Positions 49,041 through 61,148 of a stretch of DNA of 64,000 bases are shown here, in pieces; within the stretch, counting starts at the first letter, position 1; each line of letters starts with the position of its first letter. The notes beneath the pieces were generated by a model. That model was not told the DNA's origin. It searched no databases and saw nothing but the letters and a program-made list of their open reading frames with translations. The position numbers and the translations under genes were made by a program. Source of the stretch: Octopus vulgaris (lineage: Eukaryota); the NCBI GenBank assembly GCA_951406725.2, contig OX597814.1, forward strand, positions 173,910,001-173,974,000, written 5' to 3'.

Positions 49041-49258
49041 AAGACCTGGGATGAGGTGGTGAAGCACAACCTTCGAACATTGGGCCTCACCAAGGCAATG
49101 ACAAGTGACCGAGACCTTTGGAGATATGCTGTGCTTGAGAAGACCCAGCAAGCCAAATGAGACGATAGCCGTGGTCTATGCCACTACAGCCATAACCAGC
49201 CCATTTAAGAGTACCCTTCAATTATTGGGCAATAAACTGTGCTTGCAAAGACCTATGT
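49041..49258 (+). pseudogene. RTE LINE ORF C-terminus and start of 3'UTR
   Basis: KTWDEVVKHNLRTLGLTKAMTSDRDLWRYAVLEKTQQAK* (49041-49160), the typical RTE end pattern (KTW...DL..LGL....DR..WR). Confidence 0.85.
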
Positions 49259-49417
49259 GACACCTTGGGCAAGTGTCTTCTGCTACAGCCCCCAGCCAGC
49301 AAAGCCTTATGAATGAATTTGGTAGGTGGAAACCTTGGGAAATTCTGGCGGGGGAGCGCCAAGCAGTGATGTGTATAAATGCAATCTTATTACCAGTTCT
49401 TGTATGTTTGGGATATA

Positions 49418-49609
49418 TTCAAACCTGTAAGAAAGCCATTCACTGTTTTGTTTGGGAGAACATTTCTTTCCATAGACAAATGGTGTAAATACACCCATAT
49501 CACCTAGATAGGTGGCACTCATATAGGTGTATTTACAAATTTGTCTACAGCATGAAATTTTCTCCTTGACAAAACACAGTGAATGGCTTATTTACAAGTC
49601 ATTTTGAAC
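49418..49609. mobile_element. Degenerate foldback/MITE-like inverted repeat
   Basis: agccattcactgttttgt...tagacaaat..tgtaaatacacc / ggtgtatttaca..atttgtcta...acaaaacacagtgaatggct. Confidence 0.7.
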
Positions 49610-51031
49610 TGATATTAACATTGTATTTGGGAAATTCTATTGTGCATGTATGTGTGTGTTGGTGTTTTAATATGTACCGGTCTTTAAAAAAAGAAAGAAC
49701 TGGGGGTTGATTTCTTTGACTAAAACCCTTCAAGGGATGACCCAACATGGCCACAGTTCAGTGACTTAAACAAATAAAAGGTATTGCACATCCTATATAA
49801 AGCTTCGTCTAATGGAAATAACAATAATTTCTACACTGATAATATTTCTTCCTCCAGCAGTACCAAGCAGCATTGATGCTTCTTAGGAATGTCTGGTTTC
49901 TTTCAACCTGCACGGAGAAAAATCATGTTTTTCTGTTTCTATGAATCTTTGTTGACTGTGATTGTGATTGAGTCAAACCAAAGGCAGTTTTATGCACCTT
50001 AAAATTGGAGCATCTGTTTTATTTTACTGTTGGTTGAGAATAGTGTGGAATTCTTCTTATGCTTGTTATCCCTTCACAAGTCATTGCTTTGTTCTTCTTA
50101 AGTAGAATACCAGCCACTAGGATATATATATATATATATCTTGTTTCGGTCATTAGACTGCATCCGTGCTAGGGCACTGCCTTGAAGAATTTTTAGTCAA
50201 ATGGATAGACTCCAGTACTTAATTCTATTGGTCTCTTTTACCAAACTGCTAAGTTACAGGGATGTAAACACACCAACACAGGTTGTCAAGAGGTGGAGTG
50301 GGGATAGACACAGACAGAAAGACACACGTGCACACACACATACACACACATATATGATGGGCTTCTTTCAGTTTCTATCTACCAAATCCACTCACAAGGT
50401 TTTGATTAGCCTGAGGCTATAGCAGAAGGCACTTGCCTAAGGTGCTACACATTGGGACTGAACTTGAAACCATGTGATTGGGAAGGCAGAATCATTTTAG
50501 TATATGACAAAATACCTTCAGTATTTGTTTTGTCTCCCTGTGCACTGAGTTCAAATCCTGCTGAGGTCAATTTTGCCTTTCATCTTTTTGGGGTCAATAA
50601 AATGAGTACCAGCTCAGAGTAGTTTAATATATCCACCTGTCTTTGAGATTCCCTTTGCAGTATTCCCTCTGTTACAATCATTCAGACCAGATTCCCAATT
50701 TAAAGATAACTTCTCTTCGGCTGTTTTAGAGGCCCTGGAAATAAAAGGCTCATGAGTACTGTCTTCCCTCTCTAAGTAGTGATATGTTAGTACCAAACTG
50801 TCTGGCCAAGCCTAAACCACAAAATCAAATCCAAGATTGTTAGAGTAGTGATCTGCTGCATATTAGGTTGATAGGACCTTCAAGATTTGTGTTCTTTTGG
50901 CTATGGGTATAGCAGGCTGCTAGAGACAAGGAAGTCTCTACATAGACATTCAACCTGCTAGAAATTGCAATCAAATCTCTCTCAAATCCCACCTTACTGT
51001 CTTTAAAATAAGGGAGGTTACATTGAATGAT

Positions 51032-51246
51032 TGTTGTTGTTGTTGTTAAGCAACAAGACGGGTAAGGGTAATTAGCTGATGGTCTAGGGCTTAAGGGTGG
51101 GAGACCCCAGACCTTGGGGGGAAAACAAAAAAAACTTTGGTCGTCTTGTTGTAGTCGAGGGCTCTTCGTTGATGCCCAACACCACTGGGAGGTGGCCCTC
51201 AAAGTCGCTGGAAATGGAGATCTCAAGGTCCAAATTCTTGAACGGC
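51032..51246 (-). mobile_element. ~215-bp (AAC)n-tailed retroposon (copy 2) with a 13-bp TSD, inserted in a family-F repeat
   Basis: TSD tacattgaatgat at 51019-51031 and 51247-51259. Confidence 0.88.
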
Positions 51247-52260
51247 TACATTGAATGATGTAATTCTTAGTGCGACTATGTCAAAATAAATAAAAAGTAC
51301 AGGATATTCATGGTTGGAACCTTAAATGCTTTTGATTATGTCTACTTGGTCAGAGCTAAACCTTGAGCAAATCAACAATAACAACTTTGCAATCGATTCC
51401 TGTGCAGGAGAAACAATAATAGTAAAATTCAATTAACTGCAGCACTTCTGACTTTCTCAGAAATTTGTCGTCATTAAGTTTTTTTTTAGATTTTATTGTG
51501 TGAAACAGTTATAAAAAATTTCAACTTTCATTTTTTTTTTTTTTTTTTTCTTATCAAGGGCAATTAGTAAAATAAGATGAAACACTATAGTTTTATTATT
51601 TAGAGTTTAATATGTGTAATTAAGCGGTCACATGTAAGGGAGAATACTCAGGTTAGAATATTTGTTTTTCACTATTTTAAAAACAAACAAAAAAAAAGAA
51701 AAGAAAGAATGTGTAGTGGCTAGCGATCCATATAACTTTACATTAGGATTGTTGAAAAATAAAAGTTATGAATAGCAACAAACATTTACTGATGAAAGGA
51801 TTCAATACATGTAGTAAAGTCAAATACATGTATTGAGTTAACTAGAGCTTTATGGTTTGGTTTTTGGATCTTATTATTCAACTATTTAACTGGACTGGTT
51901 GAATAAGTCACAATAAGCAAAAATTGAAGGCCCATCCAACTCAGTAAAGTATACAGTGTCAGTGTGTTGTGTCTATATGCATACTCACACGCGCGCACAC
52001 ACAGGCATACACTCTACATTATTCTCATCACATACATGCATTTGGATGTACAAACAAGAGAAAGGGTAGTACATGTCATTGAGTTTGTGTACTCATTCAA
52101 AACTCATTAATTATGCTGCTGTTACTCAGTTTCTTGCTAAATGCAATCCTTCATGCAACAAAAAGATTTAATGTATGTGTATATAATTATGTGTATATAT
52201 GTATGTACATGTGTGTGTGTGTGTTTATATATATACATATACACACATATGTATATATAT

Positions 52261-52308
<48 letters not shown>

Positions 52309-52443
52309 AGGTGAGAAAGTTGGTATGTGAAAGCACGTGGTTGAATATATAGAAAATAGTAAAAAGTGAAAAAACTACAGAAGGCTTGTTTTAAAAGGTT
52401 AAAAAATATATGTATATATATACATATGTCTATATATATATAT

Positions 52444-52474
<31 letters not shown>

Positions 52475-52625
52475 CATATGTATATATATATATATATATG
52501 CATGTATATATATACATATATATATCCTTCTTTCCTTTCTTTCCTGAGCGTCCAATAATACTATATTTGTTCCATGTCCTCGCGTTGTTGTGTTTTTTTT
52601 TGTGCTTTCTTGTTTGCATTAACTG

Positions 52626-52716
<91 letters not shown>

Positions 52717-52813
52717 TACACATACACTCACACAAATATTTATGTATTCGTATATAGGCCTTAATATATATATACCGAGTCCATAAGCTCTTAAGAAAAC
52801 ATTTCTGTTAATG

Positions 52814-52856
52814 GACCAATCCTGTCTTAAACTGTAGCTGTTAACTACCGGAAGTG
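52814..52856 (+). promoter_or_regulatory. CCAAT box plus ETS site in a small CpG-retaining unique patch
   Basis: GACCAATC at 52814-52821 and ACCGGAAGTG at 52847-52856. Confidence 0.35.
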
Positions 52857-53957
52857 CTAGTATTGTACAGTTCTGAACTGACCGATTCACTGTAGACTAA
52901 AGCAGTTTACCAATATAGAGTCAATGGGTTATTCTCCTGGGTAGAGTTGATGGTCTGAGGTGGTGTTAGAGTGTGGGGGGAGGACATTCGATAAATCTAT
53001 ATTACGCGAACGGATTTTTTACCATAATGACTTTCAATTTCCTCTTCATTGAACATTGATTTTTCACAATTACCATACCCAGCTCAGCTTCCCCATCACA
53101 GTCACTATCATCATCAGCATCTTTGTCTTCTCCAGCTGCACCAGTACCACTACCACCACCACCACTGTAATGACTATCAATGTTTCTATTTACTCAGCTT
53201 TCTACCGAACCGCTCTCTCTCTGCTGAAACACTTTATTGATTTCATTCCAGAAGTACTGTTCTTCACTTCAGCTTCAAACTTCTGATCAACTCTCACTGC
53301 ACTCATCTACCATCTTTAAACATCACACGTGTGCATGCATACACAGCAGATACTCACACGCGTGCATGTACTCACTCATGCACACACACTCTCGCTCTCA
53401 CACACACACACACACCATTTTCTCCCTCTCTAACTTACTCCATCCTACTACATTTCCATTCTTCTCTGCTTTCTGTCATATGTTATACCTGCCTCTATGA
53501 TTATATTTAACAAACACACATAACAATACATATATATAAAGTCTGAAGGGAAATTAATGAGAATCAGTTGGGAAGTGAACCAAGATGTTCTGATTCACGT
53601 CCAAGTGCATTTGCTTTACTCTATCAGCCATTCATTGATTTCCAGGTTATGCAAATTAAACCTATATAGTAAATGGATATTATGGAAGTTTTGATGATTA
53701 CTATTCCAGTTGTTTGATCTTCAGAACTACCTCCTTATTCATAAATTGATAGAAGTACTATACAAATATTCACATCTTTGATATGATCTTCAGGTACAGC
53801 ACGTTATGGGTTTCTCTACATTTTTTCATCTACACAGTTTTACTCACCCACAAAGTTTGGGGCAACTCAAGAATATGATAGGAGACTCTTATCCACCAAA
53901 TCATTTACTGTATTCAATTTCAAAGTGAACATGGCTATTCAATTAAAACACATAGAC

Positions 53958-54617
53958 ATCATCATCATCATCATCATCGTTTAACGTCTGCTTCCCATGC
54001 TAGCATGGGTTGGACGATTTGACTGAGGACTGGTGAACCAGATGGCTGCACCAGGCTCCAATCTTGATCTGGTAGAGTTTCTACAGCTGGATACTCTTCC
54101 TAACGCCAACCACTCCGAGAGTGTAGTGGGTGCTTTTTGGTGCCACCGGCATGAGGGCCAGTCATCGAATTTGATTTCGATTTCACTTGCCTCAACAGGT
54201 CTTCGCAAGTAGTGTCTACACATCATCATCATCATCGTTTAACGTCCGCTTTCCATGCTAGCATGGGTTGGATGATTTGACTGAGGACTAGCAAACCAGA
54301 TGGCTACACCAGGCTCCAATCTTGATCTGGCAGAGTTTCTACAGCTGGATGCCCTTTCTAGTGCCAACCACTCCGAGAGTGTAGTGGGTGTTTTTTCGTG
54401 CCACCGGCACAAGGGCCAGTCAGGTGATACTGGCAACAGCCACACCCAAATAGTGTTTTCTTTTACATGCCACCTGCACGCCAGCACAAGTGCCAGTAAG
54501 GCAATGCTGGTAATGATCACGATGGGACGGTGCTTTTTACGTGCCAACGGCACAGATGCTAGTCATCAAATTTGATTTCACTTCCCTCAACAGGTCTTCG
54601 CAAGCAGTGTCTACACA
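53958..54617 (-). mobile_element. Two tandem RTE 3'UTR copies sharing one junction
   Basis: Both end in cttcgcaag(t/c)agtgtctacaca (about 54200-54221 and 54596-54617), and each has its own (CAT)n tail. Confidence 0.85.
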
Positions 54618-55530
54618 TATTTGTACATTTGTGCACATATTCAGTCAAGCATAAATACTAGAATCTTCAGTCAAGTAATTATTCATTATCATTTCCTCTT
54701 TATTTTTTACTTGTTTCAGCTATTAGACTGCAGTCATTCCTGGGTACTACCTTGAAGTGTTTACACTAGCAAATCAACCCTAGTAATTATTTTAATTTTT
54801 AAGTCAGGTACTTGTTCTATTGGTCTCCTTTGCTTGACGGGTAAATTATGAAGACATAAGCAATCCAACACCATTCGTCAAGTGAAGGTTGGGGGGACAA
54901 ACACCCTGCCTCCCACACATATACAATTGGCTTCCACACAATTTCCATCTACCAGATTCACTTGCAGGTCATTGATTGGCCCAGAGCTATAATATGACAT
55001 TTGTCCAAGGTACTGCATACTGGGACTGAACCTGGAACTATATCATAGCCAGGCAAGTTTCCTAACCACACAGCAATGCCAGTGCTTGTTTATTCATTTG
55101 TTAGGGTTTTTTTTTTTACAATTTATTTCATTTTTGATCTTGTCTAGAAATATAACAAAATTCTATGACTGTAATATGATTATACATTATCACTATAATT
55201 ATTACTACATTATTACTATAATTATACATTATTACTGCTTTGCCCAATATTGCAGATATTCTATAACTATTTGATCTAATATCTAAACCATTCCATGGCT
55301 ATATGTTCCTATAATACAAATACTCTGTAACCATTTTATCCTTGATCTCAGCCCTTCTATTAATTTGTTATCTAATATCTCATCCAGTACTCATCTAATT
55401 TATCCAATATTAAATAATGATGCGGTTTATATTAGATTTCACTATATCATATACATTGTTATTATATACAATTTTCAGTTTTTTGGGTTTTTTTTTTCTA
55501 TTTACTACAGCCATTATTGGGGCAATGTGC

Positions 55531-55758
55531 TTAACCCTTTAGTGTTTAAATCGGCCATATCTGACCTAAATATTCAACCTATTTTATGTTCAAACTAGTC
55601 AGATATGGTCATTCATAGCTACCTTATTGTGTCATTTTAAAAATAAACAATCACATCATTGAAATCTCAAAGCCATGAAATGATGCAAGATTAATTTTAC
55701 AGGGTGTGAATACATAAGCTTTACATTTGACAGAATAATCTGAATGCTAAAAGGTTAA
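55531..55758. mobile_element. piggyBac-like MITE with TTAA TSD
   Basis: TTAA-ccctttagtgttta ... tgaatgctaaaagg-TTAA. Confidence 0.75.
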
Positions 55759-55839
55759 GGATTTTATATAAATTATATTGTTAGCTATTTTAGAGTTTAA
55801 TGTTAAAAGAACATAATTTGGAATTACTAAACACAGCAA

Positions 55840-55877
<38 letters not shown>

Positions 55878-56159
55878 CAATGCACCCGTTACCAGCTTTC
55901 TCTTGCTCATACAAACACACACATACACAATGGGTTTCCATACATTTTCCACCAAGCAAATATTTCAGTCACAAGTCATTGGTCAATTCCAGCCTATGGT
56001 AGAAGACATCTACGCAAGGTGCTGCACAGTAGGGTCAAACGTGAAACCACATGGCTGTGAAGCAAACTTTTTAAACACACAGCCATACTCTGCTTGTATT
56101 AGTTTTATATGTGTATACATATATATATATCTATATATATGTATATATATATATATACA

Positions 56160-56229
<70 letters not shown>

Positions 56230-56477
56230 CTATTTTATTAGTACTGTCTAATGAACAGTTAAATGAAACTCTGAGTAACAGTTTGTGAATTTGTTTCAGC
56301 TTTTAATAAAGTAGTATTGTGTTCTACTTTTGGTAATCAAGTAGTATTTTCCATTTTGTTTAGCACCTATGTGCTTACTTTGTGTGTGCTCAGCCAGTTA
56401 CACATTAATTTTATGAGCTGGCTGTTCCACTGATTGGATCAGCTAGAACCCTCATCATTGTAACTGATGGCATACCA

Positions 56478-56866
56478 AGGCACAGAAGTGGCTGTGTGGT
56501 AAGTAGCTTGCTTACCAACCACATGGTTCCGGGTTCAGTCCCACTGCATGGCACCTTGGGCAAGTGTCTTCTACTATAGCCTCGGGACGACCAAAGCCTT
56601 GTGAGTGGATTTAGTAGACGGAAACTGAAAGAATCCCGTCGTATATATGTATATATATATATGTGTGTGTGTCTGTGTTTGTCCCCCCCACCAACATCGC
56701 TTGACAACCGATGCTGGTGAGTTTACATCCCCATAACTTAGTTCAATAAAAGAGATCGATAGAATAAGTACTAGGCTTACAAAGAATAAGTCCTGGGGTC
56801 TATTTGCTCGACTAAAGGCAGTGCTCCAGCATGGACACTGTCAAATGACTGAAACAAGTAAAAGAG
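56478..56866 (+). mobile_element. SINE family A (full length)
   Basis: Aligns end to end with 4862-5256. Confidence 0.9.
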
Positions 56867-57306
56867 TATATATATATATGAACTCATATAACTGCTATTC
56901 TTAATATATCATATACCATTTGGGTTTTTTTTTTTTTCATCAATTCTCAAGTCGTTTTGTCCTATATTGCAAAGATATTTATTCTGTGAACACTAAGCTG
57001 GAAACAATTTCTTAACATTTTTGCTCAGTACCCATAAATATCTTGGGACTGTTTTGTCTTTTATAGCAAAGCACTAATTGCACGAGTAAAGATCAAGAAA
57101 AAAAATGAACGAAATAGATATCTCAGGATGAAAGGTTATATCATTGCTACTATTAATTAGATCTTTTAAGAAATAGCCTCAGAAACCTCAGTGTTCTAAT
57201 TAAAGATATCGAACTAAAAAGAGACTGATTCTGCTCTTTGAAAGATATCAAAATGTTATCTCCTCATTAATTCAAGCTTCCCTGACTTTCTTTTCATTTC
57301 TGTTTC

Positions 57307-57384
<78 letters not shown>

Positions 57385-59066
57385 CTTGTGTGTGTGTGTG
57401 TGTGTAAACATATATAACTTTCTATATCATTATTTTTACCTCTCCACAACCTCACTGAAATTATATAGGGAGTTCATTTGTGAAGATAGTCACCTGTTTC
57501 TTTACATTAATAAGGCAACAATAGTATCATAAAACAAGGAAGCAAGTCTTATTTCTGTTTTGGTTGATTGTAATTGTACAGTAAAAGGTTTAGTGCTCTA
57601 TCATCCAGCAAATTGCTATATCACAGAAATAAAAGTAGGGTATTCTAAACAGTAAATTGCAAGTATTTATATTCATGAAGGAAGGCTTTTTTGAAATGAT
57701 TGATTTGCCATATTATATTCCCAACCTGAAGAGGAAATTCTTTAAAGCAGATGATTGTTTTTTTCTATTTTCGAAGTTTTATATTGAATAAATAAATATC
57801 ATAAATAAATATCTTTTTTTTTTTGCATTTTTCTTGCATTTTTTTTCTTTATCTGATTGAATGGTTTGGGCTAAATATGGATATATGCCACTTGATGAAA
57901 TATTTGCATACTGTTAACTAAACCACTCAATAATGAAATGAAAGATCAACACCAATTTGGGTTTTATGTTTTTTTGCCCTAAAGATCAATACCAATTTGG
58001 GTTTTACTTTTTTTGCCCTATACTCCCTGTCCCCTTCAGTAAACTGTCATGAAATTGTTGTTTTTGTTTTGCTCATATAACCCCTATCTGAAATTAACTC
58101 TGATTGAGCAGACTTATGATCAAAGGTGTTCTGACCCTGACAGCCTCATTTCCCTCTTTTTTTTTTCTTCTGTCTTGGAACCATAGTACATGTAGAACTA
58201 CATTATACAATGCGTCCTTCCTTTAAGTTGGTAGTATGTGCCTTGAAGAAAGTTTAGCTGCTATTTCTTGCAAGTCAAACGACCACATGGTTTGAAATAT
58301 TTGGTATAGTTGGTGATTTTGTTTAGTCCCAAGTAAGCTCTGACCTAGCAAACCTGTGATAAAATATCTACTGACGTGATCATACTGTTCTGCAATTTTA
58401 TATATATTGAAGCTTGGACTACATTATTCAATTTCTTTTATTTTAAAGACAGTTGGGTTAGATCTGAAGGGTATTTTGCTTCTATTTTTAACAGGCTCAA
58501 TGACTGTATAAAGGCTCTCTCTCAAGTTATGTGCTTTGGCTATTGTGTAAGGGAAGGATGTGAACTCCAGACCATAGAGTCAGTAGTTTTCCATCTTTTT
58601 AACCTTAACCTCAGATACTCTGCTGAGTCGTGGTACATCCTCATCATCCTTTAATATCTGTATTCGATACTGGCATGGGTTGGACAGTTCAATAGGATCC
58701 AACTAGCATGAGGACTGTGTTTCTCTCCATTATCTGCTTTAGCAAGCTTTCTACAGTTGGGTGGCATTAATGCTAACCACTTTACAGAGTATTCTGAGCG
58801 CTATTATTATTTTTTTTTTTGTGGCAGCAGCATCAAGTATGATGCAAGACAAGACCCCTTCCTAGAGTGGGGTAGCAGTATTGAGGGCAGCGGCTTTGTG
58901 ACAGATGTAGAGAGGATAAAGTAGGAAAGAGACAAGACCAAGAGATACAACGGTACCTGCAGTGTACTAATTCACAGGAGCTGAAACCAGTGTAGTAGCA
59001 ATAATCTAAACAAGGATAGTATCTTGTCATTAATGAGTGAAGGAAGATAAGTCACACAACTGGGAT

Positions 59067-59098
<32 letters not shown>

Positions 59099-59402
59099 AC
59101 AGCCTAGAAAGTTTCTGTAATTTAATCAATGCAACATTAAACCTTGAAAATCTGGGTATGGATTAGATTTCATTAATAACATTGAATGTCGATTGGTTCA
59201 AGTATTTAGCAAAGTGCACACACACACACATTTATGAAGGAACTGTTTAATTATTGTTGTCTGGTCAATCCTATGATCAAAGCTGTTGCAATTATAACCA
59301 TTCCTTATTTTGTCTATATTTATATATATAACTACATTGTCCATTACATCCTCTCATCCTCAACATGGCAGAGTATGATATAGAGATTTGGCTGCTATTT
59401 CT

Positions 59403-59636
59403 TATTTCTTTATTGCCCACAAGGGGCTAAACATAGAGGGGACAAACAAGGACAGACAAATGGATTAAGTCGATTACATCGACCCTAGTGTGTAACTGGT
59501 ACTTAATTTATCGACCCTGAAAGGATGAAAGGCAAATTCAACCTCGGCAGAATTAGAACTCAGAACGTAAAGACAGGTGAAATACATGCTAAGCATTTCG
59601 CCCGGCGTGCTAACATTTCTGCCAGCTCGCCGTCTT
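59403..59636 (-). mobile_element. SINE family E with a 19-bp TSD, inserted into a family-F repeat
   Basis: TSD agatttggctgctatttct at 59384-59402 and 59637-59655. Confidence 0.9.
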
Positions 59637-60433
59637 AGATTTGGCTGCTATTTCTACCCAAGTGAATGATCACATAGAGGCTCCTTCATTTGGCTCAAGT
59701 AACTGTACCTTTTGAATTTCTGGTTGATTGTTCATATCCTTCTGCATTGACACTATCATTGTCTGTAAAAAAAAGGACCTCAAGAAAAACAAAGCTTCTA
59801 GTAAATGTAAATATATCATAAGTTCTAAAACTGCTGATATCTGGTTTCATAGTATTAAATAGATGAGGTATTAATCTCTGCCTGTAGCAGACATTTCCAG
59901 AAGTTGTTTTGGTGGCTGTTTTGCCACCTGTAGATTTAAACTCCTTTTCATAAATACCAGGAAATAATTTAGGGCATTGCTCAATACTTTATAAACTAAC
60001 TTTCACTTCTACACAACTTACAGTACAGGACCTAAACCTTTCCATAAACTAGAGTGAATTCTGTTTGCAGCCTTATTATTAAAGTTATGTCAAAAGCCCC
60101 AATGATTTCTCATTAAATTATAGACAAGCAGTGTGTGTGTGTAAGCATACATGCAAATGTGCACACATACACACAATTACTTGGTTTACACACCTGAAAA
60201 TCATGATGTGTCACCACTTGAGTGGTTGAATGGTTATTAGGAAGAACAGCTAATTGTAATACCCAAGCAATTGATACATGCATCTGAATTTACATATCTG
60301 CTCCACTCATGCTTGATATCTATTTCATTCACGCTCACATGCCAAAATAAAATTGACTGTATTCATAGAAGATTTTAAATATTTCTTCCTTGTTTTCTAA
60401 TTTCCTTTCTGCTTTTTCTTTGTTATTTTCCAG

Positions 60434-60596
60434 TCTTCAATCCCATCGGAAATAATGTGGGGCAACCACTAGAGGTGTTTCAACCAATGGCAAGTGACTC
60501 TAAAGACTGTTCTTCCCCGCTGACTAAACCAACTGTGCCAAATCCTGTCAAACCTGAAGACCTAGAGTTGCTTGCCAAATTAGAGGAAGCTAACAG
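60434..60596 (+). CDS. EVI5: Coding exon of an EVI5/EVI5L-like Rab GTPase-activating protein (N-terminus upstream of the TBC domain)
   Basis: Polypyrimidine tract plus ttttccag acceptor, and an AG|gtaaat donor. Open frame xFNPIGNNVGQPLEVFQPMASDSKDCSSPLTKPTVPNPVKPEDLELLAKLEEAN(R), with ATG at 60487. This matches the EVI5-family motif PD[DE]LELLAKLEEQNR, which follows a MAS start in vertebrates. The exon starts in phase 1 and ends in phase 2. Confidence 0.9.
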
Positions 60597-60746
60597 GTAA
60601 ATTGCAAACATTTTAATCGCTCTTCTTGTCCCCATCAGATTGCTGGGTTCGCAAAATTGGTTGATGGAAGACAAAATATTTTTGCAGTAAATATCAATGT
60701 TTCTTCTAGTTTTTAATAGTCAGTGTGCTCAAAAGAAAATCTTATA

Positions 60747-61148
60747 GGTGCAGGAGTGGCTGTGTGGTAAGTAGCTTGCTTACCAACCACATGGTTCTGA
60801 GTTCAATTCCACTGCGTGGCACCTTGGGCAAGTGTCTTCTACTATAGCCTCAGGCCGACCAAAGCCTTGTGAGTGGAATTGGTAGACGGAAACTGAAAGA
60901 AGCCCATCGTATATATGTATATATATATGTATGTGTGTGTATATGTTTGTCTGTGTTTGTCCCCCCAGCATCGCTTGACAAATGATGCGTGTGTTTTTTT
61001 ACATACCCGTAATTTAGCGGTTTGGCAAAAGAGACCGATAGAATAAGTACTAGGCTTACAAAGAATAAGTCCTGGTGTCGATTTGCTTGACTAAAGGTGG
61101 TGCTCCAGCATGGCCGCAGTCAAAATGACTGAAACAAGTAAAAGAGTA
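60747..61148 (+). mobile_element. SINE family A (full length)
   Basis: Aligns end to end with 4862-5256. Confidence 0.9.

Noticed and set aside
57941-58020. 40-bp tandem duplication (similar small duplications at 10500-10575 and 30160-30237)
   Set aside because: Ordinary slippage duplications with no further signal.
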